64,000 bases of DNA, taken from assembly GCA_035294005.1 (NCBI GenBank), contig DATGLT010000188.1, forward strand, positions 14,154-78,153, read 5' to 3'. The stretch comes from Verrucomicrobiia bacterium (GTDB taxonomy: Bacteria; Verrucomicrobiota; Verrucomicrobiia; Limisphaerales; UBA8199). A program made the position numbers and the translations under genes. The notes under the pieces were generated by a model that was given only the letters and a program-made list of their open reading frames with translations, searched no databases and had not been told where the DNA came from. Of the stretch, positions 26,776 through 36,425 are shown in pieces; position 1 is the first letter of the stretch, and the number at the start of each line of letters is the position of its first letter.

Positions 26776-29115
26776 ATGAAGATCGAGTGTTCCTGCGGGG
26801 CAAAGTACACGTTTGAATTTAGCCCGGAGATGCGGGATCACCCGGTCACGTTTGTTTGCCCCCATTGCGGCCAGGACGCTTCCGAATTCGTGGATAAACT
26901 TGTGCGGACGAATTTCGGATCGAGCGCCGTCCCGTCGGGCGAGCCGATTTCCATCATTCCCATCCAGCAAGCCGTTCCCGGGCTGCGCCTGGAAAGCGCG
27001 CCCGGTTCCACAACCGATCCACCAGTCGAGCAGGCTTCGCCGCTTTGTTCAAAGCATCCGGGGCAGGTTGCGATTCAAAAGTGCTACATCTGCTCAAAGC
27101 CGATCTGCCCCAAGTGCATGGATCTCTTTGGGTATGTCTGCTCGCCCCTGTGCAAAGCCAAGGCCGATTCTCATGGCATCACCTTGCCCGTGTTCGAAGG
27201 GCAGAAATCGCGTGTCGAAGCGCGCCGCTGGCGCAAGCTTGTTTGGGCATGTTCATCAGCAGGAATCTGCGTCGCCGCAGCGCTGGGCTTGTGGTTTTGG
27301 TACGCCTGGTTTGGTTGCGCGCCCCGGACGATCTTCTCGGTTCGGTTCGAAAAACCCGCCTATGCCGGCCAAAGCGCTTTCGGAGGCGATTCGCGCAAAC
27401 AAATCGTCTTTTTGCATGGCGGAACCCTTGCCCGATACGACCTGAAGAGCGGCAAACAAATCTGGTCACGCGAGATTCTCCAGTTGGACGAGATCCAAAA
27501 AACCATCAACCGCCAGATGCAAGCCAACAAAGCGCTTTTGGACAAAGCCAACAGCGAAGCGTGGGAAACCATCCCCAAAGTGCCTTCGCAAAGCGAATTA
27601 TCCGAATCGATGGAAAGAGCGGCCGCGGCGGCGCTCAGTCTTTGCGTCCGCAACAACAACATTTGGGTCATATCTCCCGAACGGCTGACGCGCTACTCGT
27701 GGGAAAGCGGCGCTGTGGTAACGGAAATACCCGCGCGGACTGGACTTAGCGAACCGATTTATCGAGGCAATGAAATCGTGCTGGTCAACGGCGGGTCGGG
27801 CCCGCCCACGGTGACCCGGGTGGATCTATCGACAGGCGTTGCACGGCAGGAGGAACTGGCCGGCGTGAGCCCCGGGCAGTTGGAGGCAAGTGCCGGGAAA
27901 GCGACGAGCCCGAACTCGCCGCAACCGCCAGTCGGGATGAGCGCGACTTCACCGGGCGCCGATGCCGGCAAACCGATGGACCCTTCGAAAGTTGCCGGAC
28001 AGGCCCAGCGAATGTCGCTGGCCGAAAAAATCGCTTTGCCCGCGACGCTCGCCGCCAATATGAATCAACAGCGGGCCATGAACGAACTGAGCGACTCGCC
28101 CAAAACGGCGCCCCGATCCGGCACTCGGCCCGACCCGCGTTCGAGCTTTTCGCTGGTCCCCGGCGTCACCGGGTTTGTGGAGCTCCAGGTCAAACTTTTG
28201 GAAGCCAATATTGTTTCGCGCAGCGCCATGAAACCAGGCTCCGGCAAATCCGCTTTGGAAGGAGAAGTTACCGCCGGCAAGAGCATGGAGTTGGCCAATG
28301 ACATGCTCAACGAGATGCAACGAAACAACGCCGGCGATATGATTGAGGAAGATCACAGCCGCTATGAAGTGACGGTGCGACGGCCGGGAGAGTCGGCCCA
28401 GTGGACGGGCGAGGTGATTGGCCCGCCGAGGCTTTACCCGCTCGAACACGCCACCGTGGTTGCCGCCGATAAGAAAATCATCGTGCTCGATCCGTCCAAT
28501 CACAAGCTCTGGGAAAGCGCGTTGGCCTTTAACCTGCCGGCAGGGTTAAATGCGTTGGATGAGGGAAGCGCAAGTTTCGGCCGGGGACCCTGTGTTGAAC
28601 ACAAAGGAACGTTGTACGTGTTCGACGAAGGCGTCTTGAGTGCCTTTGATCTGCCGACCGGCAATGCACGTTGGCGATTGCCATCGGTCGGCATCGCGGG
28701 AATTTTCCTTGATGACAATGACAAGTTGTACGTCAACACGACCACGGCCAGTCATGAGAGCCTGAAATATTCCAGGCAAATCGACCTGTCCCGCAAAGTG
28801 TCTGCGGCCGTGCTGAAAATCGATTCGCGCAGCGGCAAAATTCTTTGGAGTGAAGATACTCCCGGCCTGGTCAGCTACGTTCGCAATGCGCTGGTCCTGA
28901 CCGCTGGTTCGTTCTCGCCTCCGGAATCTGACGGACCCGATACCGGACTCGAAAAACCGCCCTGGCTGCGGATCCGCCGGCTCAATCCCAGGGATGGCCG
29001 CGAGGTCTGGGAATATTTTCAGGACCGCGCCCCGTTGGACGTGGCGTTCGACGGCAACATGATCCGCCTCATATTTAAAAAGGAAGTCGTGGTGTTGCGT
29101 TTTCCAACGTTTTGA
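26776..29115 (+). CDS. zinc-ribbon / B-box-like / TM / PQQ-type beta-propeller repeat protein
   Basis: N-terminal ribbon (IECSCGAKYTF...FVCPHCGQ), then a second Cys cluster (CSKHPGQVAIQKCYICSKPICPKCMDLFGYVCSPLC) and a TM helix (LVWACSSAGICVAAALGLWFWYAWF). The C-terminal part has BamB/PQQ-like repeat blocks (GKQIWSRE, GNARWRLP, GKILWSED, DGREVWEY). Confidence 0.8.
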   Translation: MKIECSCGAKYTFEFSPEMRDHPVTFVCPHCGQDASEFVDKLVRTNFGSSAVPSGEPISIIPIQQAVPGLRLESAPGSTTDPPVEQASPLCSKHPGQVAIQKCYICSKPICPKCMDLFGYVCSPLCKAKADSHGITLPVFEGQKSRVEARRWRKLVWACSSAGICVAAALGLWFWYAWFGCAPRTIFSVRFEKPAYAGQSAFGGDSRKQIVFLHGGTLARYDLKSGKQIWSREILQLDEIQKTINRQMQANKALLDKANSEAWETIPKVPSQSELSESMERAAAAALSLCVRNNNIWVISPERLTRYSWESGAVVTEIPARTGLSEPIYRGNEIVLVNGGSGPPTVTRVDLSTGVARQEELAGVSPGQLEASAGKATSPNSPQPPVGMSATSPGADAGKPMDPSKVAGQAQRMSLAEKIALPATLAANMNQQRAMNELSDSPKTAPRSGTRPDPRSSFSLVPGVTGFVELQVKLLEANIVSRSAMKPGSGKSALEGEVTAGKSMELANDMLNEMQRNNAGDMIEEDHSRYEVTVRRPGESAQWTGEVIGPPRLYPLEHATVVAADKKIIVLDPSNHKLWESALAFNLPAGLNALDEGSASFGRGPCVEHKGTLYVFDEGVLSAFDLPTGNARWRLPSVGIAGIFLDDNDKLYVNTTTASHESLKYSRQIDLSRKVSAAVLKIDSRSGKILWSEDTPGLVSYVRNALVLTAGSFSPPESDGPDTGLEKPPWLRIRRLNPRDGREVWEYFQDRAPLDVAFDGNMIRLIFKKEVVVLRFPTF

Positions 29116-29130
29116 TTGCGGCAACGCCCT

Positions 29131-30681
29131 TCAAACCCGGCTTCGATCAAAGTCCTCGACTGAAGCTTTCCCTGCGGGTGAGAGCCGCAGCGCCTTGGTA
29201 ATGGAGCCTGGTACTTCTTCGATGCGATGGGTCACAAAGATCGCCGTTGTCGTCTTCGCCGCTATAAGTGAGTCGATGATCCTGATCAGAAGCTCTCGAT
29301 GGGCCGAGTCCAAGCCCTGGCAGGGTTCGTCCAGAACCAGGAGGGTGGGTTTTTTGACGAGCGCTCGAGCCAGCAGGACCATTCGCTGCGACCCGGCTGA
29401 TAAAGAAAACAGGGAGAGGTTGGCCGTTTTCAGCAGGCCAAAACGTTTCAACCAATAGGTCGCGGCTTTTTTCTGAGCGGTTGTGGGGCGATCAACGATT
29501 CCAATGGTGTCGCGAAAACCCGACAAAACCACTTGCCAAACCGACGCGTTGTCATCGAAATGCAATTGGAGTTCGGGTGAGAGCCAGCCAATCTGCCGTT
29601 TCAGCCGCCAGATCGACTGGCCATTTCCGAGGCGCTTGCCGAATACCACCACGTCGTTGGTGTAGGTCTGTGGATTATCTCCGGTAATGAGACTGAGCAA
29701 GGTGGTTTTGCCGGAGCCGTTTGGGCCCAGCAGCACCCAGCTTTGTCCCCTGTGTATCGTCCAACTGACCCGATCCAGAATCGTCCTTGGCCCGTAGCGA
29801 ACCGTAAGATCTCGAAGCTGAACCAGGCACTCAACGGGACGCCGGCTCGAAACTGCGGCGGAATGTCCCTTCCGAACTTTCGTTTTGAGCCGTTTACCGG
29901 CCGGCGCCGTAGGAAGAATCTCCTTACGTAGTCCGGCGGCGACGACCTTGCATTCTTCGACGCGAATGACGTGGGTAATGTGGCGAGGCAACTCCTCGAG
30001 ATGGGTCGTGATCAGGATGACCCGCAGCGGGGTGCTCAGGAGGGATTCAAGGAACGAGTGAAAATGGCGACGTGTCTCCGCGTCCAGCCCGGTATAGGGC
30101 TCGTCCAGGATCAGCAGCCGCAGGGGGCCGGACAGCGCTTTGGCCAATTCGACCCGCTGGCGTTCGCCGTTCGAAAGGGACAGTAATGTTCGGCTCAGGA
30201 ATTCCCGCAGGCCGAGCAGCCGGATTGCGCGACGCATCCGCCGTTCAAAGGCCGGCCGGGCCGTATCGTGCAGGTCCGTGACTTCATACGGATTAATGTC
30301 CATGACGTGGTCATACGAAAGAAAATCGCGCACCAGGATTGAGCTTTGCTGTTCAAAACTCATCCAGCGCGATTGGACCACCGTGCCGTGCACTTCCGAT
30401 TTTCGATCTTCGAACGCGACGTGGCCAATGGCCTCCTCGGGGCTTAGTCCCGGCGGAGGCCGGAAATGGTAGCGCAGTTCGCCTTTGACCAGTGGCACGC
30501 GTCCGCGGAGTGCATCGGCAAGCAGGGATTTACCGGAACCGTTGGCGCCAATAATGGCCCACTGCTCACGCCGCCCCATTTGCCAACTGAAATCGCTGAA
30601 AACCAGCCGGTCTCCGAGCCGAAAAGTGGCGTTCCGGACCGAAATGAACGGCGAGTTTTGAGGTCGTTTGAATCGTGCCAT
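29131..30681 (-). CDS. tandem-domain ABC ATPase without a membrane domain (ModF-like)
   Basis: Two ATPase cassettes: Walker A GANGSGKS and GPNGSGKT, signatures LSNGERQRV and LSAGSQRMV, Walker B LLILDEP and LLVLDEP. Confidence 0.85.
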   Translation of the reverse strand: MARFKRPQNSPFISVRNATFRLGDRLVFSDFSWQMGRREQWAIIGANGSGKSLLADALRGRVPLVKGELRYHFRPPPGLSPEEAIGHVAFEDRKSEVHGTVVQSRWMSFEQQSSILVRDFLSYDHVMDINPYEVTDLHDTARPAFERRMRRAIRLLGLREFLSRTLLSLSNGERQRVELAKALSGPLRLLILDEPYTGLDAETRRHFHSFLESLLSTPLRVILITTHLEELPRHITHVIRVEECKVVAAGLRKEILPTAPAGKRLKTKVRKGHSAAVSSRRPVECLVQLRDLTVRYGPRTILDRVSWTIHRGQSWVLLGPNGSGKTTLLSLITGDNPQTYTNDVVVFGKRLGNGQSIWRLKRQIGWLSPELQLHFDDNASVWQVVLSGFRDTIGIVDRPTTAQKKAATYWLKRFGLLKTANLSLFSLSAGSQRMVLLARALVKKPTLLVLDEPCQGLDSAHRELLIRIIDSLIAAKTTTAIFVTHRIEEVPGSITKALRLSPAGKASVEDFDRSRV

Positions 30682-30693
30682 GACCAGCGAGGA

Positions 30694-32103
30694 TCAACCC
30701 TGTTTCATCCTGAGGTGCATGGCAATTTGTTCGAGGCGCCGGCGCGCGGACAAAGCCTGGACGCTGCCGGGAAATTCCCGAATGATGCGTTGCAGAAATT
30801 CGCGTCCCTTTTCGAGGTCGTCGCAATACTTAATTTGCCAGGCGGCGATGAGCGCCAGCCAGCTTGCGCGCTCCTGGTCGGAACGGTCCGGCATTCCGAG
30901 CAACAGCTCGATCTGTTCGATTCCCATTCGAGCCTGGTTCAATTGTTCAGCCAGGAGGCGCGCGAGCTTTTCGCGGGCCGTCACGTCATCCGGGTTTTGC
31001 TTCAACTGCTCGACACAGGCATCGGCGGTTCGTTTTGCTTTCAGACTGTCGGCCATCTCGAATTCCGCAGACGCATCCAGCCCGTCTCCGAGGGCCGGCA
31101 AGGGAATTTTGCGCGCGGTTTGCCGTTCGCGCAGCTCCAGAACCGATGCGGGCAGTTGATTGATCCGCAGTTGAGCCATACGCGCGAGGTGCGTGCCTTT
31201 GTGACGCTCGCAAATCAATTGAAGCGATTGCCGCGCGGCTCCCGGGTCCTGCGCGATCTTGAGCTGCCAATCGGCCAGGCGGTGCAACGCCACCGATTGC
31301 TGCGAGGCCGTAATGGTCGGCTGATCGCACAGTTCCAATATGGTGCGCCTGGCTTCAGCCAGGTCGTTGAATTTATTGGCGTATAGATCTGCGAGCATCA
31401 TCCAGCCCTCGAAATCGTTTTCCGAGTTTTCCAATTCTTTGATGATTTCCCACTCGGCTTCGGCGTATTTGCCGAACTTGATGCGAGCAATCGCGCGGGC
31501 GTACATCGGCGGCAGTTTCGGTGGCTGCAGGATTTCCCGTCCGTACTTCGCCAGCGGCGCCAGCAGCAGTGAAGCCGCCAGGCCCATCGCCGCCAGGCCT
31601 CCGGTTACGCCGATGATAACCGCCGGGATGCCAGCGACCATTGTGCACGTTATCGCCAGCGAACGAAATTCCTTCCGCGCCCCGGCTTCAACCGTTTGCA
31701 GCGCGCTCACCAGCACCCAACCGAGAGTGGCCGCGCACCAATAAGAGCTGATAACGAAAGCGCCGGCCCAAATCACCGCCATGTATTCCGCGAACCAATC
31801 GCCGCCGCGCGCCTTGGCGGCTTGCACTTCGGGCATGAACGGTTGCAGTGCCCAGGACAGGCCCACGTTCATGATCGCCCACAGCGCCAGTGGCAACCCA
31901 AGCCCTTTCAAGCTCCACGTCAGCAGCCAGCGCTGCACCCTTTTTCGCTTCTGCTCCGGGGTTAATTTCAAAGTCAGCACCCAGGGAACCGCGACAAAGA
32001 CAGTCCCTGTCAGGAGCAGCAACAGCAACGTGCCAAGCACAACGCTCATCAATCCGGCGGCAGCCGGCCGGCCGCCACAGGAACATTCCCGGAAAAGCCT
32101 CAA
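30694..32103 (-). CDS. polytopic membrane protein with a C-terminal TPR-like helical repeat region
   Basis: About 5 N-terminal TM segments, then helical repeats (ARAIARIKFGKYAEAEWEIIKELE...WMMLADLYANKFNDLAEA...). 12 nt upstream of the ModF-like gene on the same strand. The start may be Met19 (32049). Confidence 0.72.
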   Translation of the reverse strand: MRLFRECSCGGRPAAAGLMSVVLGTLLLLLLTGTVFVAVPWVLTLKLTPEQKRKRVQRWLLTWSLKGLGLPLALWAIMNVGLSWALQPFMPEVQAAKARGGDWFAEYMAVIWAGAFVISSYWCAATLGWVLVSALQTVEAGARKEFRSLAITCTMVAGIPAVIIGVTGGLAAMGLAASLLLAPLAKYGREILQPPKLPPMYARAIARIKFGKYAEAEWEIIKELENSENDFEGWMMLADLYANKFNDLAEARRTILELCDQPTITASQQSVALHRLADWQLKIAQDPGAARQSLQLICERHKGTHLARMAQLRINQLPASVLELRERQTARKIPLPALGDGLDASAEFEMADSLKAKRTADACVEQLKQNPDDVTAREKLARLLAEQLNQARMGIEQIELLLGMPDRSDQERASWLALIAAWQIKYCDDLEKGREFLQRIIREFPGSVQALSARRRLEQIAMHLRMKQG

Positions 32104-32147
32104 AAGGGAAATAAAAAGCGTGAGATTGCGGGAAACGCTGGAAGAAT

Positions 32148-32969
32148 GTGCCGGTGACGCCTCTGCTGGACGCCCACAACCACCTTCAGGATTCCCGATT
32201 GGCGCCTGTATTGGACCAGGTCATGGCCGATCTCAGGGGCGAACACGTCACCCGGATGGTCGTCAATGGCTCCTGCGAAGAAGACTGGCCGGCGGTGCGC
32301 AATCTCGCCAGGCGCTTCCCGGAAGTCATTCCGTCGTTTGGTTATCATCCCTGGTACATCAAAGAGCGCACCCCCGATTGGGCAAAGACGCTGGTGTCAT
32401 CCCTCGAGGCGAGTGCTTCCGGCGTGGGGGAAATCGGCCTGGATCGGTGGATTAAAGACCACGACATCGAGGACCAGAAACGGGTGTTCGTTGCGCAATT
32501 GCACATTGCGGCTGAGCGCGATTTGCCGGTGAGCATCCATTGCCTCCAGGCCTGGGGCATTTTGCTCGAGTTGCTCCAAACCTCGCCCAGGCCACAGTGC
32601 GGCTTTGTTCTCCACTCGTTCGGCGGTCCGAAAGAGATGATTGTAGGGCTGGCAAAACTGGGCGCCTACTTTTCGTTGCCAGGGTATTACGCCCATAGCC
32701 GAAAGGAGCGCCAGCGCGACGCTTTTCGGCACGTGCCGCGAGACCGGTTGCTGATTGAGACAGACTCCCCGGACCAGCCGCTGCCTCCGGACCGCGTCAA
32801 GTACCCTCTCGAAGACCCGCAGACCGGAAAACCGTTAAACCACCCGGCCAACCTGGCGGCTGTGTACGCTTTCGCCGCGGAACTCACGGGCGAATCCGTG
32901 GAGACATTGGCGAGGCAAATTGAAGAGAATTTCCAGAGAGTTTTCGGAAAGCTCATCCCGGCCGTGTAG
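32148..32969 (+). CDS. tatD: TatD-family metal-dependent hydrolase
   Basis: LLDAHNHLQD N-terminal His motif, GEIGLDRW, VSIHC, and HSFGG blocks typical of TatD/YcfH-like hydrolases. Confidence 0.88.
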   Translation: MPVTPLLDAHNHLQDSRLAPVLDQVMADLRGEHVTRMVVNGSCEEDWPAVRNLARRFPEVIPSFGYHPWYIKERTPDWAKTLVSSLEASASGVGEIGLDRWIKDHDIEDQKRVFVAQLHIAAERDLPVSIHCLQAWGILLELLQTSPRPQCGFVLHSFGGPKEMIVGLAKLGAYFSLPGYYAHSRKERQRDAFRHVPRDRLLIETDSPDQPLPPDRVKYPLEDPQTGKPLNHPANLAAVYAFAAELTGESVETLARQIEENFQRVFGKLIPAV

Positions 32970-33076
32970 CGCCGGGGTAACGTTCCCCATCTCCTCTCCC
33001 GCCATCACCGTTTCCGCGACAATGCTCTACGAAATGAATCCTTATTGCGGGGCGCATGGCATAGTTCGCTCTCCCT

Positions 33077-34201
33077 CTATGGCGAGCGGATTCGGTAAAA
33101 CCGACGTGGAAAGTTCGTCCACTGCGGATCGCTGAAATAAATGAGGCCGTTAGTGAGAGTGCAGTTTTGCAGGGGCACCCACGACTGAGCCAAGACATCG
33201 GTGGAGGCCTCCACTACCAGCGGAATGTCTGCTGTGCCCCTGATATTGAATCCGAAGCGGCCCTGACGCACCCCAAAGCTGGCATCACTCGTCTGTGCCT
33301 GTGGGTTCCAGAGCACAGTGGGGTGACCGTCGAAGGTTGGCCCCCAGCCCGTTGTTCCTGGCAGGTAATAGACCGTCACGGCATTCGCTTCCGCTCCGAT
33401 ATAACCACTGGGCGCGTTACCGGCAAAGAAGACATTGCTCAAGCTGCTGCCCGCAAACGCATAGCCTCCGATGTTAGTGACGCTGCTGACGATCGTCACG
33501 TTGGTCAAGCTCGGGCAGTTACCGAACGAATCCGAATCCAGGCTCCGGACCCCGTTGCTCATCGTGATACTGGCCAGCCTGGAGCAGCTTTCGAACGCAT
33601 GGGCCCCAACCCGGAGAACGTTCCCGGGAATCGTAATGTTAGTCAGACCCGTACAGAACCAGAACGCCGAGTCCCCGATATTTGTCAGGCCGTTGCCGAG
33701 GCTGACGCTAGTGAGATTTGAACAACGATAGAACACACCCACCCCTCCAATGGTGTACATTCCGTCCTTCAAATCCGTAACGCTGTTCGGGATCGTGATG
33801 TGCGTCAGGCCCTGGCACGAACTGAATGCTCCGTAGCCAATGCTTCTTACACCGTTACCGATGCTGACGTTGGTCAGAACAGCGCAAGACCCGAACGTTG
33901 ATTGCCCGATGTTGGTCACGCTGTCGGGTATCGTCACGCTGGCCACTGCGGTTGAACCGGCGAACACCGCGTCGCCAAGGCTGGTGACAGGCAAGCCGAT
34001 AATCGTGCTTGGAATGGCGACCACTCCTCCGGGCCCGCTGTAACCGGTAATGGTGATCGTGCCATTGGTGTTTGTGTAGCTGAAATCCTGGGCTTGGACT
34101 TCGGTCGCCGTCAGAAGCGTCAATAGCAGCGCCGACGCTCCTCCAACACACCAGGACCTAACCCGGCGAGTGGACCAATCTACTTTCCACATGGTCATCA
34201 T
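33077..34201 (-). CDS. secreted BspA-type leucine-rich repeat protein with a C-terminal FYR-ending module
   Basis: Signal-like N-terminus. About 9 tandem ~23-aa repeats of the form IP.SVT.IG..AF..C..LT.V.I (e.g. VTIPDSVTNIGQSTFGSCAVLTNVSIGNGVRSIGYGAFSSCQGLTHITIPNSV). Ends ...NFPRRFYRIRSP. Confidence 0.85.
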   Translation of the reverse strand: MMTMWKVDWSTRRVRSWCVGGASALLLTLLTATEVQAQDFSYTNTNGTITITGYSGPGGVVAIPSTIIGLPVTSLGDAVFAGSTAVASVTIPDSVTNIGQSTFGSCAVLTNVSIGNGVRSIGYGAFSSCQGLTHITIPNSVTDLKDGMYTIGGVGVFYRCSNLTSVSLGNGLTNIGDSAFWFCTGLTNITIPGNVLRVGAHAFESCSRLASITMSNGVRSLDSDSFGNCPSLTNVTIVSSVTNIGGYAFAGSSLSNVFFAGNAPSGYIGAEANAVTVYYLPGTTGWGPTFDGHPTVLWNPQAQTSDASFGVRQGRFGFNIRGTADIPLVVEASTDVLAQSWVPLQNCTLTNGLIYFSDPQWTNFPRRFYRIRSP

Positions 34202-34237
34202 ATAGTATTACATTCGGGAAATTATTAAGCATCAGGT

Positions 34238-34720
34238 TCATCTGGGCACCTGATTAGGACCGAGTTGCAATACGCGTCCAGGTTTACCAGCAAAGTCCAG
34301 TAACGCCGTGAACGATTCGATGGGTCCTCCCAAAAGCTGCAGTACGGGTTGGAGAGTAACAGCGTAATACCAGTTTGGGCCCGCTCCAAAACGGCTGATC
34401 TGAAAATCAGTGGCCACCCATTCTGAATCATTTGGTACGATCTTGCTCAACTCGAGCCGTGCCGCTCTCTCGGCAGCCGGTAGGGTTAATGGCAAGGTTG
34501 CGGAGGGTTCCCATTCGCGACTCACGGTGGGTTGTTCCAAAATGCTTACATAATCCTTGCCATTCAGATGCGAGGTTCGCCTGACTGGTTGATTTGCGGA
34601 TCCGAACCCTGCGTAACCTGGTCTGTTGGCGGCGGGCAGAAGCGTCGGCGGCAGAGTTTGAGCGAAAACGACCGCAGCACTGAGACATAGTCCAAAGATA
34701 AACGATTGGTGTCTGCTCAT
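34238..34720 (-). CDS. secreted hypothetical protein
   Basis: Signal peptide MSRHQSFIFGLCLSAAVVFAQT. 160 aa, no recognised motif. It lies between the LRR and RCC1 genes on the same strand. Confidence 0.65.
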   Translation of the reverse strand: MSRHQSFIFGLCLSAAVVFAQTLPPTLLPAANRPGYAGFGSANQPVRRTSHLNGKDYVSILEQPTVSREWEPSATLPLTLPAAERAARLELSKIVPNDSEWVATDFQISRFGAGPNWYYAVTLQPVLQLLGGPIESFTALLDFAGKPGRVLQLGPNQVPR

Positions 34721-34779
34721 ATTGACTTCAGTTGAATTGGCGTGCTTAACGAAAACATTCAGTCATCGCGTGGTAGGCT

Positions 34780-36099
34780 TCAGGATTCGTTGGCCCGATT
34801 GAGGTTGGCTTTAGAGTCGTCCGACTTTTCCCCGTCTCGAATTACCGTGCGAATCGAGGTGGGGAGTTCCCAAAGCACGTAAGGAGAGCGGTCAATAATA
34901 AATCCTTCCGTATCGAACGGCTTGATGCGAAAGGGGGACCGGGCGATGAATTTATTTAAGGTTTGTTTCGCCCGGATAATCCTCGGGTATCGGTCGGAGC
35001 CCAGACGCTTCCCCCAACTCAGAAGCTTTCCCTGTTTGGTCAACACGAGTGTATTTCCATAACCGGTTGCGAAGGCCCACGGATCCAACTCGAGAAAAAC
35101 GCGCTCTGGTGCACCCACGAGTCGATCGGTATCCAAACCCAATTGACCATACAGGTTATGGCCGCAGCCGAAGAACCGGCCATCGGCTTTGCGAGCGAAG
35201 AATGAACCAGCGCCAGGAAACAACTCAGCCCAATTCCTCGCCTCCCCAACCTGGGTCAGTGGTTCGCCATTCGTAGGGATGCCTTCTTGTCGGACCACGG
35301 AACGCGCAGCGCGTCCGCCAATCCACATCGTGCCGTCAGCCTTTAGCGCCAATGCAAAAGAATCCCCCGCCGAAACAGAGATCCAATTTGTTCCTGGATC
35401 GATTCTGCAAGGAGGCGAACCCTTGAGAGCGCGTATGACAGTAAATTCCCTGTGCGATTCAAAATCCCCGCCTCCCCAGCCCCATAACGAGTGATCTCGC
35501 TTCAGCGCGTAGCTGCTAAGCACTCCGGCCGAGATTGCCTTCCAATCCTTTGCGGAACCGATCATTTTTGGGCTAGACGCGTTATTCGTGGTGCCGTCGC
35601 CCAACTGGCCGCAATCATTCTGTCCCCACGCCCAAAGTGAGCCATCGGTCTTTAACGCGAGGCAATGGCCGGCACCCACGCTGATTTGATCCCAATCTGT
35701 GTCGGGGCCTATTTGGATTGGCGTAGCGACAAGGTCCGCACTCGGAGCGCGGGCAAGCTGTCCAGAGTAATTTCGACCCCAACCCCAAAGGGTGCGATCG
35801 GCCTTGAGGGCCAGCGCAAACATGAAGTCGGCAGCGACTGCTCGCCAATCGTGTTCCGAGCCGAAGCGTTCCGGCACGTCCGATACTTCCATAGGGCCCA
35901 AAAAGCCAGGATTGAGACTTCGGTGATTTCCGCCCCAAAGCCAGAGCGAGCCATCCGGTGCAAGTAGAATTGCCCCGTCGCTCGTGCTAACGAGCTGAGG
36001 AGTTACGATTGATTCCCGGAGTCGGATATCGGACTGACCGTCCACGGCACAAATGCTCGCTACAAACAAAACGGCGAAAATGTAGGATGGGTTTTGCAA
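34780..36099 (-). CDS. RCC1-repeat (regulator of chromosome condensation-like) beta-propeller protein, secreted
   Basis: Repeated blocks LWGWGRNYSGQLA, LWAWGQNDCGQLGDG, LWGWGGG, FGCGHNLYGQLG. The N-terminus is signal-like. The ORF-track start is a TTG at 36099, so the start is uncertain. Confidence 0.82.
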   Translation of the reverse strand: MQNPSYIFAVLFVASICAVDGQSDIRLRESIVTPQLVSTSDGAILLAPDGSLWLWGGNHRSLNPGFLGPMEVSDVPERFGSEHDWRAVAADFMFALALKADRTLWGWGRNYSGQLARAPSADLVATPIQIGPDTDWDQISVGAGHCLALKTDGSLWAWGQNDCGQLGDGTTNNASSPKMIGSAKDWKAISAGVLSSYALKRDHSLWGWGGGDFESHREFTVIRALKGSPPCRIDPGTNWISVSAGDSFALALKADGTMWIGGRAARSVVRQEGIPTNGEPLTQVGEARNWAELFPGAGSFFARKADGRFFGCGHNLYGQLGLDTDRLVGAPERVFLELDPWAFATGYGNTLVLTKQGKLLSWGKRLGSDRYPRIIRAKQTLNKFIARSPFRIKPFDTEGFIIDRSPYVLWELPTSIRTVIRDGEKSDDSKANLNRANES

Positions 36100-36425
36100 G
36101 TCTTTAAGAATCCCAGGTGGTCAGCAGCGACTGACGTTCAGGGCGTCAGTGGCCCAACAATTGAGCGACTGCCGGCGGAGCTTGAAGCCTGAGTGTGACC
36201 GATCTCCGAACACGCGCCCTGGAACGAGCGGGGCGGATGAGGTGCTTATGGTTGAGCAAAGGGAGGCTGGTTCGTTTACCAATTGTCGGATTATGTTAAC
36301 CCCTTTTTGTCGTAAGCTGTTCAGTGCCAGTCTCACTGATTTAGAACCTACCATTTTTGGTTAGGTGATCCAATCACCAATTTGCCTTGTCTTTGCTCTT
36401 TCGACAGGGCAGCGCTGTTACGGCT

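Noticed and set aside
30466-31386. 306-aa plus-strand ORF, plus the further plus-strand ORFs 31781-32455 and 31340-31744
   Set aside because: They are antisense to the ModF-like ATPase and TPR membrane protein genes. They have no motifs and a shadow-ORF composition.
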